Source: an uncultured Candidatus Saccharibacteria bacterium (GTDB lineage: Bacteria; Patescibacteriota; Minisyncoccia; Phycocordibacterales; Phycocordibacteraceae). Taken from it: 44,495 nt of DNA. Position 1 is the first letter of the stretch, and the number at the start of each line of letters is the position of its first letter. The stretch spans positions 1-44,495 of the forward strand of contig CAYJLK010000004.1 of NCBI GenBank assembly GCA_964371445.1, given 5' to 3'. The notes under the pieces are model-generated. The model was given only the letters and a program-made list of their open reading frames with translations. It ran no database searches and was not told the DNA's origin. Shown here piece by piece: positions 17,974-28,230 of this stretch. The position numbers were made by a program, and so were the translations under genes.

Positions 17974-20190
17974 TTATTGTTGGGATTCATAAGCGGTAAT
18001 GGCTGAAAGAAATTCCGGATCGGTCTCAAGTATCTCTGGTGCGCGCAGGCGCAAGTCAGCGACCAGAGCGGCGGCGGCGGCCTTATCACCGGTAAGATAT
18101 ATCGCCTTCGCGAGGTCGTATGTCGCGGCGACATCGTCTGGCGCCTCCCGCACAATCGCTTCGAGGAAGAAGCGGGCGTTCTCGAAGTCGCTCACCGCTA
18201 CATAATACCCTAGCGCGCGGCGCGCCGTCTTAAGATCGCCCCGATACGTAGCCTTCCCTTGTGCCGCATCCGCGGCGGCGTCTGCTGCATTGCCTATGGC
18301 GAAATCGAGTTGTGCGAGGACGAAATACGGCTCCGAGAGTCTCGGGACAAGGGCGATATAACGGGAGAGGATATCGCGCGCGGCGGCATATCCGGCGGTA
18401 CGCCCCGTTGACCTCGGAGGATGCTCGTTCGCGTCGCTGATTGAAAGATTCGCGAGGATGTACCAAGGCTGAGAGCGCTTCGGGGAGAGCCGCAGGGCGC
18501 GTTCGAGCGCGGCAGTAAGAAGGCCGCTGTCGGAGGTAGCGCCTGGCGGCGCAAGCGAGAGAATCTGCGCGAGATAGACAGCAGTGCGCGCATCATAGGG
18601 ATACCGCTCGAACGCGTACGTAAGCAAGGCGGCGGCATTTTCGTATGCGGCGTGTAGGTCGTCGCCCGAGAGTCGGTTCACCTGTTCCTCTGTGTATATG
18701 AAATACGCGTTGTATCCGAACTCGAGGTCGGCGTAAGTGCGAAGAGAAAGACCTTTGTCCGTCGCCGCCCGCGCGCGCGGCACATCGACGATTTGGTATT
18801 GATATGCTTCAAACGCAAGCAGATTCGCCTGGAGCGGACGAGCGGCGACGGGGATGACGAGTGTAAGGATGAGCACTCCGACCGTGGCGCCTAGGACAGA
18901 CTGTGAGCTCCCGAACGCAGTCTCCGGCTTCCCCATTGCTCGATGCGCGAGTGCGAGTGCGGCAAACGCAAGCAGAAGCCAGAACGTCACCGCCGTGTCG
19001 AAGACAAAGAAATTTTGCACCGCATACACCCCACTCATGCCGAGCAGGAATACACCGTACCGATTCCCTTCTCTCCAGAGCCGCCACCCTGCGCGGGCGA
19101 CGAGCGCAATGAGCGCGAGATAGAGCAGGAGGCCGCCGATGCCGAACTGCACGAAATAGTCGAGGTAGGCGTTGTGCGAGCGGTCAAACCACTCTTCGCT
19201 CATAACGCTCGGGTCGTACACGCGATCGAACGGTACGTCGATATGCTCCGCGCCGTAGCCGAAGAGCGAATGGCTTAGCGCCTCGCGCGACACGGTACTC
19301 CAGACGAAGAGTCGACTCGAAACCGTCGGGTCGGTAAGCGAAATGGAAGCGAGGCGCTGAATCGGCTCGAACGGTACGCGCGCGAGCTCAGCCCGGAAGG
19401 CGATGAACACTCCGGTAAGCACCACGAGCGCGACGAGCGCTCCGCGCGCATATGTCCGCGCCTTCCCGCTCTTTTGCACTGCGACAAAGAGCAGAGCGAG
19501 ACCCGCAACGGTGACGAGGGCGAGCTGTGTCCCGCGCGTCGCGGTGAGGAGTATCGCGAAGAGCTGGAGCCCGGCGCCCGCATAGAGCGCGCGTCGCCAC
19601 CGCCGCCCATACTCCGGAGCCGCCGCGAGCGCCGCAAAGAATGTCATGCCGAGATAGGCGGCGAGGAAGGCTGCGTTCCCCAGCGTCCCGCCGATGCGTC
19701 CGTTCGGCTGGACGATAAACGGCAGATGTACCCCTCCTGAGACTTCAATCCACTGGAACACGAGATACACGGCGGCGAGCGTCCCTGTCCATCCCGCAAT
19801 CCTGAAGAGGCGCGGCATCCACGACGCCTCGGCAGAGAGAAGCAGGAGGTAGAAATAGCCGACGCAGACGGTGAGGGTCAAGAGCCCGTCGCCGCGCTCA
19901 AACGTCGACCAGAAACTGTGGTAGAAATCGACGCCGATGAGTGAGGCGAGGTAGGCGAGGGCGAGGAGTGCCGCCGGCAGCCATGTGCCCTTTGCCTGTA
20001 GCCTTCTCCAATAGAACGGACGTCCAGCAAGGGCGAGATAGGAGAAAAGCGCGAGCGCAATGACACCGAGGGCGCGAAGCGCGAAAATCTTGGGCGCGAG
20101 AAGCGGATACATCATTCCTTCTATATAGAAGAGCGGCAGGACTGCCGGCAGGAACAGGACCCATTCGTATACGCGCGCAATGTGTTTCAT
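17974..20190 (-). CDS. O-antigen ligase (Wzy_C)-family membrane protein with C-terminal TPR-like region
   Basis: Many TM helices; GTLGNAAFLAAY, LTATRG, SRLFVW, GYGAE and DRSHNAYLD motifs; helical C-terminus. Confidence 0.88.
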   Translation of the reverse strand: MKHIARVYEWVLFLPAVLPLFYIEGMMYPLLAPKIFALRALGVIALALFSYLALAGRPFYWRRLQAKGTWLPAALLALAYLASLIGVDFYHSFWSTFERGDGLLTLTVCVGYFYLLLLSAEASWMPRLFRIAGWTGTLAAVYLVFQWIEVSGGVHLPFIVQPNGRIGGTLGNAAFLAAYLGMTFFAALAAAPEYGRRWRRALYAGAGLQLFAILLTATRGTQLALVTVAGLALLFVAVQKSGKARTYARGALVALVVLTGVFIAFRAELARVPFEPIQRLASISLTDPTVSSRLFVWSTVSREALSHSLFGYGAEHIDVPFDRVYDPSVMSEEWFDRSHNAYLDYFVQFGIGGLLLYLALIALVARAGWRLWREGNRYGVFLLGMSGVYAVQNFFVFDTAVTFWLLLAFAALALAHRAMGKPETAFGSSQSVLGATVGVLILTLVIPVAARPLQANLLAFEAYQYQIVDVPRARAATDKGLSLRTYADLEFGYNAYFIYTEEQVNRLSGDDLHAAYENAAALLTYAFERYPYDARTAVYLAQILSLAPPGATSDSGLLTAALERALRLSPKRSQPWYILANLSISDANEHPPRSTGRTAGYAAARDILSRYIALVPRLSEPYFVLAQLDFAIGNAADAAADAAQGKATYRGDLKTARRALGYYVAVSDFENARFFLEAIVREAPDDVAATYDLAKAIYLTGDKAAAAALVADLRLRAPEILETDPEFLSAITAYESQQ

Positions 20191-20778
20191 TTACTCTCCG
20201 GGATAGTGCGCCGCGAGGAAGTCGGCGAGCGCACGACGATAGTGCGCTACCGGCTCGGCGAGGGCGGCGCGCTCGAGCGCCGTGCGCGCCGTCCTATACG
20301 CGCCGAGGCGGGCGAAGAGCTGACCCGCGTTATGCCACGCGAGGCCGGTATTCGTCGAGTCTATCGCGAGCGCTTTTTGTAAATACGCGAACTCGTTCTT
20401 CCCGTCGCCAAGTAGGTCGTACTGGTTGGCGATGCTTACCAAGAGCGTGTAATCCGGGTACGCATCGGTACCAAGGAGCGCGGCGAGACGCGCGATTTCT
20501 GTATTCGCTTTTACCGTGAGCTCGGCATTGCCGGTGTACGCTCCCTTGAAATCCCAGGAAACAATAGTGTCGGACGGGTTCACTGTGAGCGTCGCCGGCG
20601 CGATAGAGGGAATTCCCGCATCCGGCTTCGATGACGCGACTGTCTCGGTAGACGAAGCCGTTTCGGTCGCATTCTCCGGCAATACCGGCGCCTTTGCCTG
20701 GTATGACCACAAGAAAAATGCCCCTATCGCCACCATAACCCCTATGCCCGCCACTGCCCAATGTTTCTTCGTCTGCAT
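20191..20778 (-). CDS. Membrane-anchored TPR-containing protein
   Basis: N-terminal TM, then YLQKALAID..AWHNAGQLFARLGAY..ARTALERA TPR pattern. Confidence 0.75.
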   Translation of the reverse strand: MQTKKHWAVAGIGVMVAIGAFFLWSYQAKAPVLPENATETASSTETVASSKPDAGIPSIAPATLTVNPSDTIVSWDFKGAYTGNAELTVKANTEIARLAALLGTDAYPDYTLLVSIANQYDLLGDGKNEFAYLQKALAIDSTNTGLAWHNAGQLFARLGAYRTARTALERAALAEPVAHYRRALADFLAAHYPGE

Positions 20779-20805
20779 ATGCGAAGAGGATACCATATGA
20801 AAAAC

Positions 20806-20831
20806 AAAAACCACCCCAAGGGGTGGTTTTT
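20806..20831. terminator. Intrinsic terminator after the S-layer-like gene
   Basis: AAAAACCACCCC-AA-GGGGTGGTTTTT, with T-runs on both strands. Confidence 0.8.
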
Positions 20832-20882
20832 TCGTTTGCTAGGCCAATTCCCTAGCTAGGACTCTTGCGAGCCGGAGACTAG

Positions 20883-23800
20883 TTAGAACGAGACCGAGCG
20901 GTTGCCGATAGTAATCGGCATGGTCTTCACGAGGTAGTCGTTCGCCCAGTCGGTCGCTGCCGTCGCATCCGTGGCATGATCGGTCGCATCGGACCAATCA
21001 GACCAGACGAAGGAGGCATTCGAGGCCGTACCGAGAGTACCGGCGGCATCCGCAAATGCGGCAGTCGTCACCGAAGCGCTCGGCGTGGCGATGCTCACGC
21101 TGAGGTTGACACCTGCAGCGAGACCACCGACCGTACCGCGGAGCTCATACTTGCGCGTCGAGCCGGCACCGACCGTCTGGACACTGTCCGGACGGAAGTG
21201 CAGGAGACCGCTGGTGTTGCCCGCGAGAGCGTCGAGACCTCCGAGGAGGCTACTCGTCGTTGTCGCGAACGTACCTGCGAGACTTGTCGCGCCACTGGTG
21301 ACATCCCAGACCTTGAGGGTCGTGGTCGCACCGATGGTGACGGCGGCACTCTTGTTCACCGTGAACACGACCTGACCCCAGTCCACATCGCCTGCGGCGT
21401 CCGCAGTGACATTGAAGGTACCGAGGACCTGATCAGAACCGGCGTTCAAGGTCGTGCTCGGCGCTGTGCCTGCGGCAAGCGTCGGGTACGACTTACGAAG
21501 GACCATCGTGCCCTTACCGCTCGTGGCGCTCGAAGCGACATCGGCGGTATCATGGAGCGATGTGTCCGCTGTGCCGGACGAGTCAGTCGCGTTGAATCCT
21601 TCGTTGTAGTCGAGGATAACCGTGATTGACTTGCCCGAAGCCGACGGAGAGGACGCGACGGTCGGTGTGTTGACGTACACATCGAGGTCGCGGTTCGTGT
21701 CGGACGGGACGTAGAAGGTGAGGCCCGAGAACGTTGCCGTCGCGTGGGTCTGTGCGCCCGAAGAGAGCGTCAGTGCCTGCGTGGCGGTCTGCGTTGCACC
21801 GGCTTCATCCTTGTACTGGAGGACTACCGCCGAGACGGCAGTCGCCGCTTCAGCCAAGACCTTCACCTTGACCTGGTCAACGCGATACGGCGAGTACTGC
21901 GTGGTGAAGCGGAACGAGCCGACCTTCACCATAGAACTACCCGCAATCACGTTCGCATTGTCAGGCGTGGAGCCTGCGTTCTGCGCGACCGTGAGCGTTG
22001 CCGAGCCGACCGTGATGGTCTGCAAGGTTGCCGCCGTGCCGACCGAGACCGACGAGCCGGTGATAGAACCGGTACCCGTGGTGTTGGTCGAGACGGACAT
22101 TGCCGGGATGGCGCCAATGTTCGCACCGGACTTGACGTTCGCATAGACATCGAACGTCTTTGTGCCGGATGCTGCGATGGTCACGCTACCCGAGAACGAG
22201 CTCGGATCGCTGACCGTCGACTTGCTTGCACCGAACGCTGCGCCTGAATCATGATCCTTGATCATGATGTCGCTCAACGTCGAGGTGACCGCCGAAGCGA
22301 AATCAAGCTCGATAGTGTTGACGTTCGTACCTTCCGTAGAACCGGACGAGAGGGTGAAGGCGCCGAGCTTCACGTTCTGTGCGCCGGCGATCACCGTCTG
22401 GTTGCCGTAATACGAAGCCTTGGTTGCCGAGAGCGAGCTCGCGGCTACCGTGATGCTGTTACCAGTCACATCTGCAGTCGGGACATTGATGCTCGAGAGC
22501 GATACCTGTCCTTGTGCATTGCTGGAACCGACACCGAGGTAGATCTTGACCGTTTCGCCTGCCGTGAGGTTCACCGCAGTCGTCGAGGTCTTCGCGTCAC
22601 CGTAGATGTCAACCGTCGCCGTCGTACCAACCTTCACGATGAAGGACGAGCCGAAGGTGTAGTTGGTCGTGGTGCCGCCGAATTCAGCGATATCCTTGGT
22701 GGAGCCCACCTGGACACCGTTGACGAAGACCTTGCCGTTATCGAGGCCGAGGCCGCTCGAGGACGTATCTGCCGTGACGTTCAAGTTGTCGATCTTCACA
22801 TCTTCGCCGTTGGCGATAATCTTGAAGGTCGCCCACTTGACGTTGCTGGAGCCGTTTGCGACGGCTGCAGTCGGAGAATCTGCCGCGCGAGTGACAGACG
22901 GAGCCGACGTCGAGACCGAGTTAATGGTCGCGAGTGTCGCCGAGTGCGCTGCGAACGCGCCTGATATCGATGTGCCGTTGCCGCGGACCAAAACCGGCTG
23001 GTTGAGGTCCGTGTCATAGAAGATCGCATCAGCCGCATAGCGGAGCGACAGTTGGAAGGTGCGGGATGCACCGCCCACGACGTCAGCAAGAACCTTCACC
23101 ACGCGACCGCCGGTCTCGAGACGGACCGGGCTAGCCGAGATGTCGAAGGTAATCATGTTGTTCGTGTCGAACTTCGCCACTGCGCTACCGGCCATAACGC
23201 CGTCTACGTAGAGACGATAATTGACGACATCGCCGCTCTGGACGGAGCCGATAACCTTAAAGGCAATCGACTTCATCGATACTGCGCGCGTGCCGACCGT
23301 TACCGTGTTCTGCCAGACCGTGTAGTCGGCCTGCGGATCAACCGTAGAACCAGACGGAAGGGTCGTGAGACCGAGATCCACGTTCGCGAGCGTCGCTGCA
23401 GACACTGTCTGGAGACCGCCCGTGACCGGGAAGCTGACCGAGCCATCAAGCGTGCCGGTCGAATTGGCCGAAACGAGCTTGACGCCGATCTGCTGGCCCT
23501 GTGCCGAACTGTCGATATCCGAGCGGACCGAGACCGTGTAGGTCTGGCCTGCCGGAACCGAGAAGAGACCGCCTGAGTTGTTGAAGTTGAACGCGCCGCT
23601 CGATACGCCAGCAGAGTCCGTCAAACGGACCGCACCGGAATAGAGGTACACGTTCGTCATCGTCGAGTCATTGCTGACGCCGATACGATTGAACGTGAGG
23701 CTCGTGACGCTGATAGCGGCAGAGGTCGGGTTCGCGAAGGTGAACTTCGCGAGTTCCGCGGCCGCCTGTCCCTGGACGAGCGCCGCGCCGTTCGGCGAGT

Positions 23801-24344
23801 CGGTTGCGAGCATGATCTTGAGGCCCGTACCTGTACCTGCCGAAGGACCGGTCGTCGTGGTCGTCGTTGAACCGCCGCTAAGATTGAACGCCGCGCGTGA
23901 GATGGGACCGAAGTACCCAACTGCCGGAGCGATATTCTTAGACGACTGCCACGAAGCAACCGCCGTGCGCGTCTGACTACCGAAGTAGCCAGTCGCACCG
24001 GCCGGAATCGAGAAGCCGCCTGCGATAAGCGCCTGCTGGAGGCAGGTTACCTCCATACCGGTCGAACCGATTGTGAGGTCCTTCGAGAAGGTGCACGTGC
24101 TACCCGTTGTGGTAGTCGTGGTCGTTGTCGAAGGTGTGCCGCCCGTAAGCGATGCCTGGACGTTTGCGATTGTCGCACTGTCAGCACCGAACGAGGTGAG
24201 GAGCGAGAGGATCGACTGAACCTGCGCGTTGGTCAGTGCTGCCGCATGCGCGATAGGCGCAAGTGAGAGCATTGACGTCGCCATCGCGAGTCCGGTCGCT
24301 ACTGCCGCGACTTTTGCCATCGCTTTTGTAGTTACCATTTGCAT
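20883..24344 (-). CDS. Large secreted S-layer-like surface protein with N-terminal peptidoglycan-binding domain
   Basis: Signal peptide ending AHA; PG_binding_1-like DLTIGSTGMEVTCLQQAL..GYFGSQTRTAVASWQ..GYFGPISRA; about 1000 aa of T/S/A/G/V-rich beta repeats; strongly biased codons. Start 24344 or 24338. Confidence 0.82.
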   Translation of the reverse strand: MQMVTTKAMAKVAAVATGLAMATSMLSLAPIAHAAALTNAQVQSILSLLTSFGADSATIANVQASLTGGTPSTTTTTTTTGSTCTFSKDLTIGSTGMEVTCLQQALIAGGFSIPAGATGYFGSQTRTAVASWQSSKNIAPAVGYFGPISRAAFNLSGGSTTTTTTGPSAGTGTGLKIMLATDSPNGAALVQGQAAAELAKFTFANPTSAAISVTSLTFNRIGVSNDSTMTNVYLYSGAVRLTDSAGVSSGAFNFNNSGGLFSVPAGQTYTVSVRSDIDSSAQGQQIGVKLVSANSTGTLDGSVSFPVTGGLQTVSAATLANVDLGLTTLPSGSTVDPQADYTVWQNTVTVGTRAVSMKSIAFKVIGSVQSGDVVNYRLYVDGVMAGSAVAKFDTNNMITFDISASPVRLETGGRVVKVLADVVGGASRTFQLSLRYAADAIFYDTDLNQPVLVRGNGTSISGAFAAHSATLATINSVSTSAPSVTRAADSPTAAVANGSSNVKWATFKIIANGEDVKIDNLNVTADTSSSGLGLDNGKVFVNGVQVGSTKDIAEFGGTTTNYTFGSSFIVKVGTTATVDIYGDAKTSTTAVNLTAGETVKIYLGVGSSNAQGQVSLSSINVPTADVTGNSITVAASSLSATKASYYGNQTVIAGAQNVKLGAFTLSSGSTEGTNVNTIELDFASAVTSTLSDIMIKDHDSGAAFGASKSTVSDPSSFSGSVTIAASGTKTFDVYANVKSGANIGAIPAMSVSTNTTGTGSITGSSVSVGTAATLQTITVGSATLTVAQNAGSTPDNANVIAGSSMVKVGSFRFTTQYSPYRVDQVKVKVLAEAATAVSAVVLQYKDEAGATQTATQALTLSSGAQTHATATFSGLTFYVPSDTNRDLDVYVNTPTVASSPSASGKSITVILDYNEGFNATDSSGTADTSLHDTADVASSATSGKGTMVLRKSYPTLAAGTAPSTTLNAGSDQVLGTFNVTADAAGDVDWGQVVFTVNKSAAVTIGATTTLKVWDVTSGATSLAGTFATTTSSLLGGLDALAGNTSGLLHFRPDSVQTVGAGSTRKYELRGTVGGLAAGVNLSVSIATPSASVTTAAFADAAGTLGTASNASFVWSDWSDATDHATDATAATDWANDYLVKTMPITIGNRSVSF

Positions 24345-24677
24345 AACAATTGTTAAGAGTTTAAGGAGCACATAATAATCAAGTTGGATTCGCACGGAGA
24401 GCCCATTCACTTTCACACTACCCCACAGCGCACGGTATCGACCAGTGCGCCATGGGTTAGTTGGCAAGGGTTGATGTCCGTCTGTCTGACGGACTATTCA
24501 GTTATCAAAGTACGCCCTTCGGGAACAAAAGTCCCCGCAAGGACTATTGACTAGTATATAGCGGAGACAAGCGTTCCTGACGACTGACGTGTGGATAACA
24601 ACGAGGAAATAGGCACAGAAATAGAGGCCGTTTCCAGCCTTTTTATGCCCTATGTCCGAGTTACTACCACAGGGGTC

Positions 24678-24706
24678 ATACTACCAAAGACGGAGGAGAG
24701 AGTCAA
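24678..24706 (-). promoter_or_regulatory. Strong sigma70-type promoter upstream of the S-layer-like gene
   Basis: TTGACT-17 nt-TAGTAT with extended -10 TG. Confidence 0.7.
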
Positions 24707-24757
24707 AACCTACAGGCTAGCGGGATAGGTCTCTAGACACTAGGCTCTAGCGAGCGT

Positions 24758-25477
24758 CTAACGAGCTAGTTGATAGGTGCTCCAACGGCGTTCTCCCTGT
24801 TTTAGTACTGTTCCCGCCTCGATAAGGGATGCGAGCTCGCGCTGGATAGTCTTCTCAGAAACACCCCTAATGAGGGTCGAAATGTCCTTTATACTTGCTC
24901 GTCTTTTATTCTTTATAACGGACAAGATAGCTTCTCTCCTGTCCTTTATGTGACTGTCCGATACGATGTCCTTTACATGCCCCTTCCGCCTATCCGGCGA
25001 TTTCTGCGCCGATCGCTTCAACTCTGGAGACGGTCCTGCAGCCGAGAGAGGACTTCGCACGAGCGTCTTTCTGGCGATATCGGAGAGCGTCGGTGCATCA
25101 TCGAAAAAGAGTCTCGGCTCCTCATATGCCGCAACTTCTTGCAGTAATGTATGCGCTTCGCGCGTAATAAGCTCGGCATTCATTGCCGAGAGCAGACCGG
25201 CGGTGCGCGCTATAGAAAGAACGCTCGAGAGCGCGAGCAGTTCCCGCGAGAGAGCAGCGCGCGCCGTCCCCGAGGGCAGAATCGCCGCATCGACGAGACC
25301 GATTGCAATCGTATCGATCCGGTTCCGGAGCGGGAGAGACTCGGCAAAGGCCGGTGCAATAAGATGAATAGCTTTCGCGAGCCGTTCGGCCTTTTTATAT
25401 ATAAATACTCTACGTATGTCCTTTTCGAAAATGTTATTAAATATGCTTTTTTCTAGGACAAAGTCTTCTGAATGCAT
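24758..25477 (-). CDS. Protein with helical N-terminal domain and C-terminal DeoR-type HTH
   Basis: RREAILSVIK..ASIKDI..VSEKTIQRELASL..GERRWSTY. Start uncertain (25477 or 25540). Confidence 0.8.
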   Translation of the reverse strand: MHSEDFVLEKSIFNNIFEKDIRRVFIYKKAERLAKAIHLIAPAFAESLPLRNRIDTIAIGLVDAAILPSGTARAALSRELLALSSVLSIARTAGLLSAMNAELITREAHTLLQEVAAYEEPRLFFDDAPTLSDIARKTLVRSPLSAAGPSPELKRSAQKSPDRRKGHVKDIVSDSHIKDRREAILSVIKNKRRASIKDISTLIRGVSEKTIQRELASLIEAGTVLKQGERRWSTYQLAR

Positions 25478-25661
25478 ATCATTCCCTTTTGCATTTGGTT
25501 TACTGATTTCTGTACTGTGTCCTATATCTCCGTGTCTCATATCGTATAGGACAGTATACTCCCGCCCGCGCACCCTGCAACTTATATGCACCAGAGCCAC
25601 GCGGTCTCTCCACTCTCCTTATCTCTCACCTAGAGAAACCAAGTGTTACAATAGACCTATT

Positions 25662-27884
25662 ATGAGTCGAAGAAACGGCAAGAACGGGGCTGGCGCCAAG
25701 CGCGGTCGCGTGCGCGAAGAGGACGTCAAGGAATACGATGTCCTTATCCGCTGGGCCTCTGCTATCGTGCTCCTGGCCGCGGGCATCTTGCTTCTGCTTG
25801 CGGTATTTGGCGCAGCGGGTCCCGTCGGCACCACTATCTTTACCGGGAGCTATGCGGTCGTCGGCATCGGCGCATTCCTTCTGCCGATTGCACTCATCGC
25901 GGTCGGTTCCTACGCGGGCTTCGGTCGGCCGACTCTTGCCCCGTTGACGACGTCGGGCATTCTCCTCATTTGCGCTTCAGTCCTTGCCTTCGCTGGGCTC
26001 TTCCCCGATGCAGAATTCGGCGGCGTCGCCGGCACTTGGGGAGGTACCCTGCTGTCCGGATTCTTCGGCTTCTGGGGCGCGCTCGTCCTCCTCTTCGCGA
26101 CGGTCGCGATCGGTATCGCAATTGTCAGCGATATCGAAGCACTCGGCATGCTCCTGCGCGAGAATGTGCTCACGCTCTTCGACCGCATGCGCGGGTCGCG
26201 GGGCGACGATGAGTTCTCTTCAGAAGAAGATCTCGCAGTCGTCGGCGTGCCTGAAGACGATGACGACGTCTACGATGTCGAAGAAGATGAGGAAGCCCCG
26301 GCGCCCGAGCATGAACCGGTCGTGAACGTCTTTAACCGTTCTACCGGCGCGGTCGGGACGGGTATCGCGAATTTCGATGCAGAGTACGAGGCTCCTCCCC
26401 TCTCGATACTGGGTGCCGACCGCGGGAAGCCGGGCGTCGGCGATATCAAAGCGAACGCAAATATCATCAAGCGCACGTTCCAGAACTTCGGCATCAATCT
26501 CGAAATGGACGAGGTCTCGGTCGGTCCGACCGTCACGCGCTATGCCGTAAAGCCCGCCGAAGGCGTCCGCCTCTCAAAGATAGTCTCGCTTGCGAACAAT
26601 CTCGAACTCGCGCTCGCCGCACATCCGGTGCGCATCGAAGCTCCGATCCCGGGCAAGTCTCTCGTCGGTATCGAAGTGCCAAATACCGTGAAGGCAATGG
26701 TCGGTCTCGGAGGACTCCTCAATGCTCCCGAATGGAGCGGCAGCGACAAACCGCTCCTGGCCGCGCTTGGTCGGGACATCGCGGGGACGCCGCACTATGT
26801 CAACATCGCGAAGATGCCGCACGGTCTTGTCGCCGGTGCGACCGGGAGCGGAAAGTCGGTCGCCATTCACGCGCTCATCACCTCCTTGCTCTACCGCAAT
26901 GGTCCGAACCAGCTGCGCTTCATCATGATCGACCCGAAGCGTGTGGAGCTCACCGCTTATAATGGTATCCCCCACCTCCTCACCCCCGTCATCACCGATT
27001 CGAAGAAGACGATCTTTTCCTTAAAGTGGGCGGCAAAGGAGATGGAACGGCGCTACAATATCCTCGAAGCGGAACACGTGCGCGACATACATTCGTATCA
27101 CACCACTATCTTTGAACCCGCGAAGAAGCGAGGCGCCGCGGAGATGCCGGAGGCGCTCCCCTATATCGTCATCGTCATCGACGAACTCGCAGACATCATG
27201 CACACCTACCCGCGCGAGCTCGAGGCGTCTATCGTCCGCCTCGCACAGATGTCGCGCGCGGTCGGTATCCACCTCATCCTCTCCACCCAGCGCCCCTCGG
27301 TCAATGTCATCACCGGTCTTATCAAGGCGAACGTGCCGGTGCGCATGGCGCTCCAAGTCGCTTCCCAGATAGATTCCCGAACCATTCTCGACGGCGCGGG
27401 CGCGGAAACGCTTCTCGGCGCGGGCGACATGCTGTATCTCTCGAGCGATATGCAGAAGCCGGTGCGCATCCAGACCGCATTCATCAGCGAGAGCGAGGTG
27501 AAGAAGGTGGTGAGCTACATCAAGAGCCACAACGCCGGAGACCTCTCGAGCATCGATTTCGGCGGAAGCGGCGCTGGTGCAACTGGCGAAGCGAACGATG
27601 TCATCGGGCTCGTAAACGGAAGCTTCGATGACGACGATATCGATGATGATCTCTATGAAGACGCGCGAACTGCTGTAGAAGAAGCCGGACGCGCGTCAAC
27701 CTCGTACTTGCAGCGCAAACTGAAGATCGGTTACTCGCGTGCGGCGCGGCTTATGGATGTACTCGAGGCAAAGGGTGTCATCGGCGCCGCTGACGGATCG
27801 AAGCCGCGCGAGATCCTCACGACGCCCTCAGCGGTGCGACAGGAGGGTGCGTCCGCGCCGGGCGCGGATGAAGACGTATTCTAG
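25662..27884 (+). CDS. ftsK: DNA translocase FtsK/SpoIIIE
   Basis: N-terminal TMs, GATGSGKS, IDPK, IVIDELAD, STQRPS and gamma domain ASTSYLQRKLKIGYSRAARL. Start at MSRRNG after TGTTACAAT. Confidence 0.96.
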   Translation: MSRRNGKNGAGAKRGRVREEDVKEYDVLIRWASAIVLLAAGILLLLAVFGAAGPVGTTIFTGSYAVVGIGAFLLPIALIAVGSYAGFGRPTLAPLTTSGILLICASVLAFAGLFPDAEFGGVAGTWGGTLLSGFFGFWGALVLLFATVAIGIAIVSDIEALGMLLRENVLTLFDRMRGSRGDDEFSSEEDLAVVGVPEDDDDVYDVEEDEEAPAPEHEPVVNVFNRSTGAVGTGIANFDAEYEAPPLSILGADRGKPGVGDIKANANIIKRTFQNFGINLEMDEVSVGPTVTRYAVKPAEGVRLSKIVSLANNLELALAAHPVRIEAPIPGKSLVGIEVPNTVKAMVGLGGLLNAPEWSGSDKPLLAALGRDIAGTPHYVNIAKMPHGLVAGATGSGKSVAIHALITSLLYRNGPNQLRFIMIDPKRVELTAYNGIPHLLTPVITDSKKTIFSLKWAAKEMERRYNILEAEHVRDIHSYHTTIFEPAKKRGAAEMPEALPYIVIVIDELADIMHTYPRELEASIVRLAQMSRAVGIHLILSTQRPSVNVITGLIKANVPVRMALQVASQIDSRTILDGAGAETLLGAGDMLYLSSDMQKPVRIQTAFISESEVKKVVSYIKSHNAGDLSSIDFGGSGAGATGEANDVIGLVNGSFDDDDIDDDLYEDARTAVEEAGRASTSYLQRKLKIGYSRAARLMDVLEAKGVIGAADGSKPREILTTPSAVRQEGASAPGADEDVF

Positions 27885-27892
27885 CGCGCAGG

Positions 27893-28216
27893 ATGACCAA
27901 GTACCTCCTCGCCATAGTCCTCTGCATTCTCGTCGGCTATGGGCTCGTCGAGGCATGGCCGCTTCTCTCCGGTCCCGCGCTCGTCATAGACGCTCCCGCA
28001 GACATGACCCCCTTTCCGGAAGGAATCGTGAGCGTGCGGGGGCAGGCCGCGCGCGCCGCGGAGCTCACGCTCAACGGTGCGCCCCTCCTGCATGACCAGG
28101 ACGGCAACTTTTCGTCAACCCTTACCTTTCCGCGCGGAGGCTCTATACTTACCTTTGTGGCTACCGATCGCTTCGGCAGAACGGTGACTGCGACCCGCTC
28201 TATTTTCGTACCTTAA
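27893..28216 (+). CDS. Small membrane-anchored Ig-like protein
   Basis: N-terminal TM, then LTLNG..DGNF..L..G...ATDRFG beta-sandwich pattern. Confidence 0.75.
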   Translation: MTKYLLAIVLCILVGYGLVEAWPLLSGPALVIDAPADMTPFPEGIVSVRGQAARAAELTLNGAPLLHDQDGNFSSTLTFPRGGSILTFVATDRFGRTVTATRSIFVP

Positions 28217-28230
28217 TCATTTACTTCACT

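Noticed and set aside
24590-24598. Replication origin
   Set aside because: Only one perfect DnaA box, with no box cluster and no dnaA/dnaN nearby.
25416-25661. N-terminal extension of FtsK (822 aa)
   Set aside because: It overlaps the divergent HTH gene and promoter region. A -10 box sits just before MSRRNG.
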